A DNA stretch of 64,000 bases from positions 30,275,967 through 30,339,966 of the forward strand of contig CM120640.1 of assembly GCA_051362555.1 (NCBI GenBank), given 5' to 3'. The notes beneath the pieces were generated by a model that worked only from the letters and a program-made list of their open reading frames with translations, had not been told where the DNA came from and ran no database searches. The position numbers were made by a program, and so were the translations under genes. This stretch comes from Lingula anatina (taxonomy: Eukaryota; Animalia; Brachiopoda). Of this stretch, positions 43,201 to 54,802 are shown in pieces; within the stretch, counting starts at the first letter, position 1, and every line of letters starts with the position of its first letter.

Positions 43201-46200
43201 GCTGTTTCTATTCTATATTGTTACTGAATGTGTTTGTACATTATGAGATGACTGTCTACAACTTCATTTTCACTCTTTTTCATTGTGTTCATTCTTATTT
43301 GAAATTTTTTTCTTATCACTGTGTATGTCTATGTTTTGACTGTGCTTGTTTTTATTCATTTTGATTACTGTGCATGTTTGTGTTGTCACTGTTTGTGTTT
43401 ATATCTATTGTCAGCAATGTGTATGTCAGTTTTGTCACTCTATTTGTTTGTAATCATTACTATTACTGTGCATGATGGTGTTGTCACTATGTTTATGTGT
43501 CTGTTTATATGCTGTTTGCTGTTTCTATTCTATATTGTTACTGAATGTGTTTGTACATTATGAGATGACCGTGTACAACTTTGTTTTCACTCTTTTTCGT
43601 CGTGTTCATTCTTATTACGGTAAATGTTACTGTTGTCACTGTACATTTGATATTTTTTTCTAATCACTGTGTATGTCTGTTTTGTGACTTTTTGTTTGCA
43701 TTTATTTTAATTACTGTGTTTGTTGGTGTTGTTACTGTTGATGTTTGTATTTATTATGAGCACTGTGTATGTCAGTTTTGTTACTCTATGTGTTTGTTAT
43801 CATTACTATTACTCTGTATGATGGTGTTGTCACTGTATGTCTATGTGTCTGTTTATATTCTCTGTGCTGTGTCTATTCTGTATTGTTACTGAATGTGTTT
43901 GTACATTATGAGATGACTGTGTACAACTTCGTTTTCACTCTTTTTCGTTGTGTTCATTCTTATTACGGTAAATGTTTCTGTTGTCACTGTACATGTGAAA
44001 TTTGTTTCTAATAACTGTGTTTGTCTGTATTTTTACTGTGTTTATTTTTATTTATTTTGGTTACTATGCATGTTTGTGTTGTCACTGTTTGTGTTTGTAT
44101 TTATTGTGAGCACTGTGTATGTCAGTTTTGTCACTCTATTTGTTTGTAATCATTACTATTACTCTGCATGATGGTGTTGTCACTATGTTTATGTGTCTGT
44201 TTATATGCTGTTTGCTGTTTCTATTCTGTATTATTACTGAATGTGTTTATTCATTATGAGATGACTGTGTACAACTTTGTTTTCACTCTTTTTCGTCGTG
44301 TTCATTCTTATTATGGTAAATGTTACTGTTGTCACTGTACATTTGATATTTTTTTCTAATCACTGTGTATGTCTGTTTTGTGACTTTTTGTTTGCATTTA
44401 TTTTAATTACTGTGTTTGTTGGTGTTGTTACTGTTGATGTTTGTATTTATTGTGAGCACTGTGTATGTCAGTTTTTTTACTCTTTGTTTGTAATCATTAC
44501 TATTACTGTGCATGATGGTGTTGTCACTATGTTTATGTGTCTGTTTATATGCTGTTTGCTGTTTCTATTCTGTATTGTTACTGAATGTGTTTGTACATTA
44601 TGAGATGACTGTGTACAACTTTGTTTTCACTCTTTTTCGTCGTGTTCATTCTTATTACGGTAAATGTTACTGCTGTCACTGTACAAGTGAAATTTGTTTC
44701 TAATTACTATGTTTGTCTGTATTTTTACTGTGTTTATTTTTATTTATTTTGGTTACTGTGCATTTTTGTGTTGTCACTGTTCATGTTTGTATTTATTGTG
44801 ACCACTGCGTATGTTAGTTTTGTCACTCTATTTGTTTGTAATCATTACTATTAGTCTGCATGATGGTGTTGTCACTGTATCTCTATGTGTCTCTATATTC
44901 TGTGTGCTGTGTCTATTCTGTATTGTTACTGAATGTGTGTGTACATTATGAGATGACTGTGTACAACTTTGTTTTCCCTCTTTTTCGTCGTGTTCATTCT
45001 TGTTACGGTAAATGTTACTGATGTCACTGTACATGTGAAATTTTTTTCTAATCACTGTGTTTCTGTTTTGTGACTGTGTTTGTTTGTATTTATTTTAATT
45101 ACTGTGTTTGTTGGTGTTGTTACTGTTGATGTTTGTATTTATTGTGAGCACTGTGTATGTCAGTTTTGTTACTCTATTTGTTTGTAATCATTACTATTAC
45201 TGTGCATGATTGGGTTGTCACTATGTTTATGTGTCTGTTTATATGCTGTTTGCTGTTTCTATTCTGTATTGTTACTGAATGTGTTTTTACATTAAGAGAT
45301 GACGTGTACAACTTTGTTTTCACTCTTTTTCGTCGTGTTCATTCTTATTACGGTAAATGTTACTGTTGTCACTGTACAAGTGAAATTTGTTTCTAATTAC
45401 TATGTTTGTCTGTATTTTTACTGTGTTTGTTTTTATTTATTTTGGTTACTGTGCATTTTTGTGTTGTCACTGTTCATGTTTGTATTTATTGTGACCACTG
45501 CGTATGTCAGTTTTGTCACTCTATTTGTTTGTAATCATTACTATTAGTCTGCATGATGGTGTTGTCACTGTATCTCTATGTGTCTCTTTATATTCTCTGT
45601 GCTGTGTCTATTCTGTATTGTTACTGAATATGTTTGTACATTATGAGATGACTGTGTCCAACTTCGTTTTCACTCTTTTTCGTTGTGTTCAGTCTTATTA
45701 TGGTGAATGTTACTATTGTCACTGTACATGTCAAAATTTATTATCACTGTGTATGACTGTATTGTGACTTTGTTTCTTTGTATTTATTTTGATTACTGCA
45801 TTGGTTGGTGTTGTTACTGTTGATGTTTGTATTTATTGTGAGCACTGTGTATGTCAGTTTTTTACTCTATTTGTTTGTAATCATTACCATTACTCTGCAT
45901 GATGGTGTTGTCAATATATGTCTATGTGTCTCTTTATATTCTGTGTGCTGTGTCTATTCTGTATTGTTACTGAATGTGTTTGTACATTATGAGATGACCG
46001 TGTACAACTTTGTTTTCACTCTTTTTCGTCGTGTTCATTCTTATTACGGTAAATGTTACTGTTGTCACTGTACATATGATATTTTTTTCTAATCACTGTG
46101 TAATATTGTGTTTTGACTGTGCTTGTTTTCATTCATTTAGATTACTGTGGATGTTTGTGTTGTCACTGTTCTTGTTTGTATTTATTGTGAGCACTGATTG

Positions 46201-46707
46201 GGTTGTCACTATGTTTATGTGTCTGTTTATATGTTGTTTGCTGTTTCTATTCTGTATTATTACTGAATGTGTTTGTACATTATGAGATGACTATGTACAA
46301 CTTCGTTTTCACTCTTTTTCCTCGTGTTCATTCTTATTACAGTAAATGTTTCTGTTGTCACTGTACATGTGAAAATTGTTTCTAATCACTGTGTATGTCT
46401 GTGTTTTGACTGTGCTTGTTTTTATTCATTTTGATAACTGCGCATGTTTGTGTTGTCACTGTTCGTGTTTGTATTTATTGTGAGCACTGTATGTCAGTTT
46501 TGTCACTCTATTTGTTTGTAATCATTACTATTACTCTGCATGATGGTGTTGTCACTGTATCTCTTTGTGTCTGTTTATATTCTGTTTGCTGTGTCTTTTC
46601 AGTATTGTTACTGAATGAGTTTGTACATACTGTGATGACTGTGTGCAGCTATGTTTTTTTTACTTTTTTTCGTTGTGTTCGTTCTCATTATGGTGCACGT
46701 TACTGTT

Positions 46708-46767
46708 TGTTAAGGTCCACTAAATGCATGTGATGAAATCACTCATTTACATATTATGTTTATACAG
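46708..46767 (+). repeat. 5' LTR remnant (first 60 bp only)
   Basis: tgttaaggtccactaaatgc...tgtttatacag is identical to 48252-48311. Confidence 0.9.
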
Positions 46768-46870
46768 GAGACACTGACTACGGCTAATGAGGATGAATGT
46801 ATGAATGTAATTTGTAAAGGAACGTGATGCAGGTGAGGAAAATGATGGAAATGAACTCAGCAAGGACATT

Positions 46871-47521
46871 ATGATTATAAAGGAACAAGAGGTAGAAAAG
46901 GGAACCGATTTTGTGAAAGTGCAGAAATGTGAAGGGTATGTCGAGAAAGAACAAGAACAAGTGCCAGGATTGAAAACTGATGATGATGATGATGACAACA
47001 GATTAATTGAAAGAGAGAGTAGAATAGGTGAACTGAAGTATTATGAGAAACCTGATGTAGTTGAAAAGGCTTTAACAGATGATGTAAAGAATACGGATGG
47101 AGGACTTGATGATGATGATGACCCAAAGTATGTGGAGAAACATGGTGTAGATGAAAAGGCTGTAACGGATTATGTAAAGAATGCTGATGAAGGACTTAAT
47201 GATGAACCGATGGAAATGGATTTTTCTAATTTCAAAGATACAGACAGAGACAAACTTACTGAAGTAGAGATGAAACAAAGTGCAGGTGAGGAGGAAGTTA
47301 AAGTTGAAGAGAATGAAGAACAAAGTGCAAGTGAGGAGGTACTTAAAGTTGTAGAGAATGAAGACAAACAAGGTTCAGACACAGAAAATGTTTATGAGAA
47401 TGCAAAAGAATGGACAGATGTAAAATGGGAATTTCACAGAGACAACAAAAAGGTGCAGAGAAAGTTTATGGCAAAGAAACTAAAATGGACACCCGATTTT
47501 TTTTATTCAGTTAAAGGATAG
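46871..47521 (+). CDS. 216-aa D/E-rich ORF of unknown function inside the LTR element, probably 5'-truncated
   Basis: Longest ORF in the window. Internal peptide repeats (KYYEKPDVVEKALTDDVKN / KYVEKHGVDEKAVTDYVKN; QSAGEEEVKVEENE / QSASEEVLKVVENE) and a basic/aromatic C-terminus. The frame is open from 46811, upstream of the ATG. Confidence 0.55.
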   Translation: MIIKEQEVEKGTDFVKVQKCEGYVEKEQEQVPGLKTDDDDDDNRLIERESRIGELKYYEKPDVVEKALTDDVKNTDGGLDDDDDPKYVEKHGVDEKAVTDYVKNADEGLNDEPMEMDFSNFKDTDRDKLTEVEMKQSAGEEEVKVEENEEQSASEEVLKVVENEDKQGSDTENVYENAKEWTDVKWEFHRDNKKVQRKFMAKKLKWTPDFFYSVKG

Positions 47522-48235
47522 TGCATCAGTTAGAGCTGTACTGTAGGTTCGGGGGATTTATAGATCTTTATTTTACACTTGGCTCAGTATTTAATATTCT
47601 TGTTTCAATGTTTTAAGTAAAATTGCACCAAATGATTCATGACTTACATATTTGAAAATAATAACATAAATTGTGTTTACAGATAAGGTTAAATTGAATT
47701 ATAAAGAATATGTGACAGTAGGTTTTTTTATTCAAAAATGGTAAATTTCCAACATGTAGGGAGATTCCCAAGATATGTATTATATGGAAGAAAGAATACA
47801 GTTTCATGATATACCTGATACTGAATTGTTTAACTGATGAGATTTTAAATGTACAGTCCATTAGAAAAGCTGTTTAAACAATCTGTATGTTAACTGGACA
47901 TTTATCTCTGTCAAAATATTTTGGAAGCATAAAAATTCAAATTAAATTTCATTAGAATAATGACGTCTTTGTACAGCAATGGAATAGACAATGAACTGAA
48001 TTTATTACAATTGTTAGTAAAAGTAATGATATCTGACAGAATATTTTAAGTTTTATTTATTTGTTTTATTATTATTATTATTTTTTTTTTATTTTTTTTT
48101 TTTATTTTGTAATTGAAACATGAGATAGATATTTTGTATAAGTATTTAGCTGTTTATATTTTATCTTTGAGTATTCTGTGGAATCTTTATTTCAAAAAAT
48201 TATGTAACCATAATTTTTTTTTTTTTTTTTTTTGT

Positions 48236-48249
48236 GGAAAAAGAAGGAA
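48236..48249 (+). other. Polypurine tract (plus-strand primer site)
   Basis: ggaaaaagaaggaa lies 2 nt before the 3' LTR and follows a long T run. Confidence 0.8.
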
Positions 48250-48251
48250 CA

Positions 48252-48626
48252 TGTTAAGGTCCACTAAATGCATGTGATGAAATCACTCATTTACATATTA
48301 TGTTTATACAGTCACAAGTCTTGAATGAAAATTTATCATCCTCTGTATAGGTATACTTGATAAGTAGAACTGATATAACTTAAAAGTAGAAGCTCTCACT
48401 TGTTATCTATTGCATTGCAATTAGTATTTAAATGAGTTGCTGCCACTGTGGCATGCAGATAGATTCCCTGTAGATAATGTGTATAAATGCTGAATGTTGG
48501 GACCTAATAAAGACTTTTAGACTTGGAACTGAATATGTGAGTCTGTGGTTATATTCCCACTCCCATGCATCAGTGACAAGCGAAATATTAGAAGAACCTG
48601 GGTAGGGTGGAACATGGACCCCTACA
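48252..48626 (+). repeat. Complete 3' LTR (375 bp)
   Basis: tgttaagg...cccctaca, bounded by the PPT and the TSD. Confidence 0.88.
48482..48511 (+). promoter_or_regulatory. LTR TATA box and polyadenylation signal
   Basis: tataaat at 48482-48488 then aataaa at 48506-48511, the usual order in an LTR. Confidence 0.55.
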
Positions 48627-49394
48627 TGTTGTCACTGTACATTTGATATTTTTTCTAATCACTGTGTATCTCTGTGTTTTGACTGTGCTTGTTTTTATTT
48701 ATTTTGATTACTGTGCATGTTTGTGTTGTCACTGTTCGTGTTTGTATTTATTGTGAGCACTGTGTATGTCAGTTTTGTCACTCTATTTGTTTGTAGTCAT
48801 TTTGAACACTGTGCATTTTAGCATTGGCACTGTTTGTGTTTATATCTATTGTCAGCAATGTGGATATCAGTTTTGTCTGTTTATTTATTTTTAGTCATTA
48901 TTTTAACTGTGCATGTTGGTGTTGTCACTGTCATTATAGTTTATGTGTCTGTTTATACTCTGATGACTGTTTCCATTCTATATTGTCATTGAATGTGTTT
49001 GTATATATATTGTGATCACTGTGTATGACTGTGTAATCACCTGATTAATATGTGTTTATTCTTGTTACTATGCATGGTTGTGTGGTCGCTGTACATGTTA
49101 AAATTTATTTTGATCACTGTGTATGTCTGTATTGTGACTGTGTTGTTACTATTACTCTGTATGATGGTGTTGTCACTGTATCTCTATGTGTCTCTTTATA
49201 TTCTGTCTGCTGTGTCTATTCTGTATTGTTACTGAATGTGTTTGTACATTATGAGATAACTGTGTACAACTTCGTTTTCACTCTTTTTCGTTGTGTTCAT
49301 TCTTATTACCGTAAATGTTACTGTTGTCACTGTACAAGTGAAATTTGTTTCTAATTACTGTGTTTGTCTGTATTTTTACTGTGTTTGTTTTTAT
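48627..49394 (+). repeat. Diverged satellite monomers (array edge)
   Basis: Monomer motifs resume right after the TSD and include the divergent gtagtcattttga...gcattttagc variant. Confidence 0.93.
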
Positions 49395-50237
49395 GTACGG
49401 ACACGGCATTTTCAAGTTGTGACTTTGAAGTTCCGTGGGCCTGAAGACCTTTGCTAGTCACATTTTCTGAATATCCATGATACTAATATTTTATTATTAA
49501 AAATTGATGGTCATTATGCTGTTAAACATTATGTAATATTGCATCAAAATTTGAAAAAAACCTATTTTGGGCACTGCTCCCATGATGACCATTTAAGAAA
49601 AACCATGTCACTTACTGTTCTCAAACTTACAGGAAAGAAATATGGGACTAAAATATAGCTTCAGTAGGCAATGCAATCTGCCAGTTAAACAGTTTTTTTG
49701 TGAAAATTTAATTTTTCACATATTGGCATTTTCAAGGTGTGACTTTGAAGTTTCACAGGCTTGAAGACCCATGCTTGTCACATTTTCTGAAAATCCATGA
49801 TACGTATATTTTATTATTAAAAATTGATTGTCATTATGCTGGTAACCATTATGTAATATTGCATCAGAATAGAAGAAAACACAATTTTGGGTGCTGCTGC
49901 CATGATGACCATTATGGGAAAAAGCATGTTACTTATGATTGCCAAACTTTCAAAGAAGAAATACAGGACTAAAATGCAGCCTGAGTTGGAAAAGCAGTCT
50001 AATTGACTTCTTTTTCTGGAAATTTTACATTTTCAAAGTGTGAACTTGAACTCCCATGGGCCTGAAGCCTTATGCTTGTTACACATTTTACTTACATTGG
50101 TATTACCTGTTGAGCATAATTAAAATTTGATGTTGAATTTGCAGTTTAACATAATGTACTTTTGCATCAGAATTGACAGTAGCCTATTTTGTTATTTCCT
50201 GCTTTTTGTCTGTACATTTGACAGCTTTGCTGCCTTG
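49395..50237. repeat. Unrelated insert carrying ~2.2 units of a ~300-320-bp tandem repeat
   Basis: Unit start (gg)cattttcaa(g/a)...gtga...ttgaa at 49405, 49725 and ~50026. The satellite rejoins in register, with a possible ttat duplication (49391-49394 / 50238-50241). Confidence 0.75.
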
Positions 50238-50915
50238 TTATTTATTTTGGTTACTGTGCATGTTTGTGTTGTCACTGTTCGTGTTTGTATTTATTGTGAG
50301 CACTGTACAACTTCGTTTTCACTCTTTTTCGTTGTGTTCATTCTTATTACGGTAAATGTTACTGCTGTCACTGTAAGTGTGAAATTTTTTTCTAATCACT
50401 GTGTATGTCTGTTTTGTGACTGCATTTGTTTGTATTTATTTTGATTACTGTGTTTGTTGGTGATGTTACTGTTCATGTTTGTATATTGTGAGCACTGTGT
50501 ATGTCAGTTTTTTACTCTGTTTGTTTGTAATCATTACCATTACTCTGCATGCTGGTGTTGTCGCTGTATCTCTGTGTCTGTTTATATGCTGTTTGCTGTG
50601 TCTATTCTGTATTGTTACTGAATGAATTTGAACATATTGTGATGACTGTGTATGGCTATGTTTTTTACTCTTTTTCGTTGTGTTCATTCTCATTACGGTG
50701 CATGTTACTGTTGTCACTGTATATTTGATATTTTTTTCTAATCACTTTGTATGTCGGTATTTTGACTGGGCTTGTTTTCATTTATTTTGATTACTGTGCA
50801 TGTTTGTGTTGTCACTGTTCGTGTTTGTATTTATTGTGAGCAATGTGGATGTCAGTTTATTTATTTTTAGTCATTATTTTAACTGTGCATGTTGGTGTTG
50901 TCACTGTCATTATAG
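50238..50915 (+). repeat. Diverged satellite monomers
   Basis: Monomer motifs with deletions; ends at tgtcactgtcattatag, the DIRS insertion point. Confidence 0.92.
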
Positions 50916-51041
50916 ATGTATTTATTGTCGTTTAACAGGTCAACGATGATGTGTCTTAGGAGGAAGGTCATTAGGAGGTACAGGGGGAGCTGTGTTCAAA
51001 AGGTGAACAGATCACGTGAGGATGGGAAACGATCATTCGAA
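50916..51041 (+). repeat. Split direct repeat A1 (126 bp)
   Basis: Matches 56024-56149 with about 6 substitutions by eye. Confidence 0.95.
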
Positions 51042-51110
51042 GTCGAGCTATGCTACTGTACGGATATTCCAGTTTTCCTAAGCTTGAATTTCATATTTTA
51101 AACTTCTATT

Positions 51111-51700
51111 ATGCCAAAGGGTAGAAAATCACAAAGGATAGTGAAAGTGTTTGTGCGGATTCTGAACATACTGAGAAAGAACTTGAGAAGCCTGAGGTGA
51201 GCAAACCTGAGCTGATACAGTCGGATGCGGAGGGTGTGGCATCAAACAAAGAGGCTAAAAACTACTCGGCCGAGGAGAGCGGAGAGCTTGAAAATGAAGG
51301 GAGTGGCCGAGAAATATCAGATGAAGTTGGCTCAAATCTTGCTAATACTTTCAATTTGTTTAAATCCTATATGGATCAAAAGTTTAAAGGATTAAAAAGA
51401 GAACTGTCCGAGAAAATATAGCAGAGAGCAAAATATTGAGGTCATCCCATGACATTGAATTCAAGTTTAAAGGAAACAGAAAGCACTTGACAATCTTGAG
51501 CTTGCAGAGAGTTACTTTTAGAAAAGGGGAAGTGAAGTCTCTTAGACAGTTACTGAAAAGGTCCATAGATCAAATCAAGAAACGTAACAAGCTTATAAGA
51601 TTGGCGGACAAATCGGATACTGGTTGGGAAGCTGTGGAAGAATATCAAACCGATGAACTTGCAGATGATAGTGAAGATGAAAAGGAAATTCGTTCAGTCC
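51111..51700 (+). pseudogene. gag: DIRS gag-like ORF1 (frameshifted, C-terminus apparently deleted)
   Basis: ATG at 51111 (MPKGRKS). ORF pieces 51197-51421 and 51436 onward contain KKRNKLIRLADKSDTGWEAVEEYQTDELADDSEDEKEIR, a motif I recognise from animal DIRS/PAT Gag. Confidence 0.8.
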
Positions 51701-51750
51701 CGGCAGTCAATAAGAAAGATACAACTCTAAAAGATAAGTATAATAGCGAC

Positions 51751-53500
51751 AATGTGAAAGGTAGATTGAAGAAGAATGTAGCTTTTTTGGGAAAGTATTC
51801 ATGCCAATACGTATGTATTAGATGTAATAAAACAAGGATATGTTATTCCTTTTATAAATACACCACCAAAAATGATCATGAAAAACAACAAGTCTGCATT
51901 AGACAATAATGTAGAAGAATCAATATTAGATTTGTTAAAATCAGGTCGTATCAAAGAATTTAACGGGATACCACAAGTTGTTAATCCTTTGACGGTGGCA
52001 ATAAATGGGAAAAAGAAACGTTTGGTTTTAGATTTGAGATGCGTAAATATAAAATACAACAGAACATATTTCCATGCGTTGTTTACAATGTATTTCTTGC
52101 TGAATTTTTAATCTCAAAGGAAGAGTTATTATTGCTTTAAGGTGTTTGGTTAAACACTGGAGAGCATGGTATATACCTATAGTGTTGTATTTGGATGATG
52201 GCTTTGGATTTAGTGATGATTTTGAGCTGTGCGTTAAAATATTCAGACAAAATGAGGGGAGATTTGAAAAAATCGGGTTTCGTAGTAAACAATGAAAAGA
52301 GTATATGGAGACCAGTTCAAGAGATTGATTGGTTAGGTATTCATTGGAATTTGATACAGGGTATGATATCAATCACAGAAAAAAGGGTTTCAGAATTGAA
52401 AATTGATATTAGAAAACTAATGCAAAATATTAATATGACATCAGCACATGCGTGAATTGGCTTGAATTACAGGAAAAATTATATCAATGTCAACAGTTAT
52501 TGGAGATATTAGTAGATTAATGACAAGAAATATGTATCACTCAATCAATGATAGAAACAGTTGGGACGAATGCAAAAATTTTCGTTCAAATACAGAAATT
52601 CTGAATGAGTTACATTTTTGGTTGTCAAACATTCATCGTCTATAATAAAAGACATTTATTTTTAAATGAAATACCCAAAATCTTAGGATTTTCAGATGCT
52701 AGTGATTATGCATATATTGTGCCTATTTGGTGCGTTGTTAATCTGACATTTGTCACAAAATGTGGTCAGATGAAGAAAAGGGGAAAAGTTCGACATGGAG
52801 GGAGTTGAAGGCAATTGCAATTGCATTACAAGCTTTTCTTATAGTTATAAAAAGAGGTAAAATAGGTTGGTACACAGATAATCAAAATGTCGTGAGGATT
52901 GTACAGGCAGGATCTATGAAACGTGATTTACAAAATTTAGCTTTACAAATATATCATTTCTGTACACGTCATGAAATCAGTTTGACAGTTAACTGGATAC
53001 CTAGATCAAAAAATGAAAAAGCAGATTATATCAGCAAATTGGTAGACATAGACGACTGGGAAGTAGAATCTTCTTTTTTTCGGATTTTTGGATAAAAATG
53101 GGGACCTCACACTATAGATAGATTTTGAAAATACAAAGACAAACCATTTTAATTCAAGATTTTGGAATCCAAATACAGAGGCAACAGACACATTTTTACA
53201 AAATTGGAAGCATGAGAATAATTGGATAGTTCCACCTGTAGGTTTGGTACCAAAGGCAATAAACCATTTATTAAATTGTAAAGCAAAAGGCACTTTAGTC
53301 AGTCCAAGTTAGAAGTCGGCTGCATTTTGGCCAAGATATTTGACAGAGATATGAAGTGGAAAATTTACATGAAAGATGTTCTTATTTTCGGTAACAAGGG
53401 TATTTTTAAGCAAGGGAAAAATAAGCAATCTTACATAGGGTTGCAGAAATTTAAGGATAAAGTTTTGGCAGTCAGGATTGACATGGAGACAGGATTTTAA
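51751..53500 (+). pseudogene. pol: DIRS pol: reverse transcriptase - RNase H - adenine-methyltransferase-like domain (frameshifts, stops, internal deletion)
   Basis: RT: VVNPLTVAINGKKKRLVLDLR, IVLYLDDG (YLDD at 52188-52199), GFVVNNEKSIWRP. RNase H: FSDASD, SSTWRELKAI, WYTDNQNV, WIPRSKNEKADYIS. MT-like: WGPHTIDRF, FNSRFWNP, ENNWIVPP (53214-53237). Confidence 0.92.
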
Positions 53501-54470
53501 TACAAGGATATTTTCTAAAAACCAAGGTTATATTTCAAGGCGTGATGGGATGCTGTATTTTTGTGAAGGTTGTAAGTCAGAATTTAAAAGGTAACAAATA
53601 TTATAAAGGATGAAATATGTATTTGAGAGGAGTGATGGGATGGTGTAATTGAATGTCGTGATGGGATGAGTGTATTTTTACCTGTCAGAATTGACAATAT
53701 AACAAATGTTATACAGAATTGAAAATTAGAAAATTATAATTGAAAGGTGAGATGGGATGAAGGGGTATTTTTATGCAAGTTGCCAGTCAGGATTGACACT
53801 GCAACAATCATTATAATAATTAAAAATTTATATGTATAAGACGTGATGGGATGACGTATTTTTATGAAGGTTGCGAGTCAGGATTGACACTGCAACAAAT
53901 GTTATACAGAAATAAAATATATATATTTGAAAGTTTTTATGGCATGTTGGTGTATTTTTATGAAGGTTGCCAGTCAGGATTGACAATGCAACAAATGTTA
54001 TACAGAATTGAAATATATATTTGAAAGTTGTTATGGAATGAAGATGTATTTTATAAAAGTTGCCAGTCAGAATTGACACTGCGACAAATGTTACACAAAA
54101 CTGAAAATTATATTGGGAAAAAACGTGATGGAATGAAGGTATAATTTAGGAAGGTTACTAGTCAGGATTGACACTGCAACAAATGTTATAGACTTGAAAT
54201 TTATAATAGAAAAGCGTTATGGGATGAAGGTATATTTTATAAAGGTTTATAGTCCAGATGGACATTGCAACAATTGTTATACAGAACTAAAAAGTTCATT
54301 TGAAAAGTATGATGAGATAAAGGTGAATTATAATATAGTTTGCTAGTCAGGATCTACAATGCAACAAATGTTATACAATAATTGAAATTCATATATTTGA
54401 AAGGTCTGGTGGCATGAAGGTGTGTTATTATGAAAGTTGATAATCAGGATTGACAGTGTACAAAATTTTT
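53465..54470 (+). repeat. Internal tandem array, ~11 units of ~91-108 bp, between pol and YR
   Basis: Core gtcag(g/a)attgac or a variant at 53471, 53576, 53684, 53786, 53877, 53973, 54066, 54161, 54252, 54346, 54443. Confidence 0.9.
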
Positions 54471-54802
54471 ATACATGATCGTATTGATTTATTTTGTTTC
54501 ATGATTGTCAAATACAATATTAGCTGGTAAAAGTACAAACAAAGCTATGGTACAGGTATATAGAAATTCAAATTAAAAAAGGCAATCAAAGGGTTTTTAA
54601 TTGTTTATTTTTAACGATGGTTAAGAGTAAATGAATAATTCAGGTTTTTTTGTTAAAAGAGAAAATGAAGGATTGCCTGGATTGGCTTTTGAAAACAGTA
54701 TAACGCATTAAAAGAACATTTGAACTGTTTTAAAGTTGGGGTTTTATATTAGTAAACATAAACTGGTTTGTTTTCATCAATATACTTTATTTGTATTTAC
54801 AG

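Larger units (their letters stand above)
1..46707 (+). repeat. Satellite DNA array, ~348-bp monomer (7 x ~49-bp subrepeats) with higher-order structure; open at the left window edge
   Basis: Landmark gtaatcatta(c/t)...ctgcatgatggtgttgtc recurs at 177, 524, 873, 1216, 1634, 1982, 2332 and onward (spacing 343-350 bp, plus a 418-bp variant), in one orientation up to 46707. Confidence 0.98.
46708..48626 (+). mobile_element. Internally deleted LTR retrotransposon (Ty3/Gypsy-like by 4-bp TSD) inserted in the satellite
   Basis: TG...CA termini. TSD tgtt at 46704-46707 and 48627-48630; removing the insert restores the satellite motif ttactgttgtcactgtac. The first 60 bp are repeated exactly at 48252-48311, and a PPT precedes the second copy. 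No gag/pol motifs remain, so the superfamily is inferred only from TSD length. Confidence 0.88.

Noticed and set aside
126-46733. Very many Cys/Val/Phe/Leu-rich ORFs (YLFVIITITLHDGVV...), superficially a hypervariable membrane-protein or toxin gene family
   Set aside because: They occur in all three frames, start and stop at arbitrary points, shift frame with T-run length and simply translate a stop-poor T/G-rich satellite whose 49-bp unit is not a multiple of 3.
46747-47382. Minus-strand Ser/His-rich ORFs
   Set aside because: Antisense shadows of the acidic ORF.
53465-54470. Palindromic repeat array beside an RT and a recombinase, read as a CRISPR, DGR or integron-like system
   Set aside because: The sequence between palindromes is homologous from unit to unit (no unique spacers or cassettes), and the RT and YR are explained as parts of one DIRS element.
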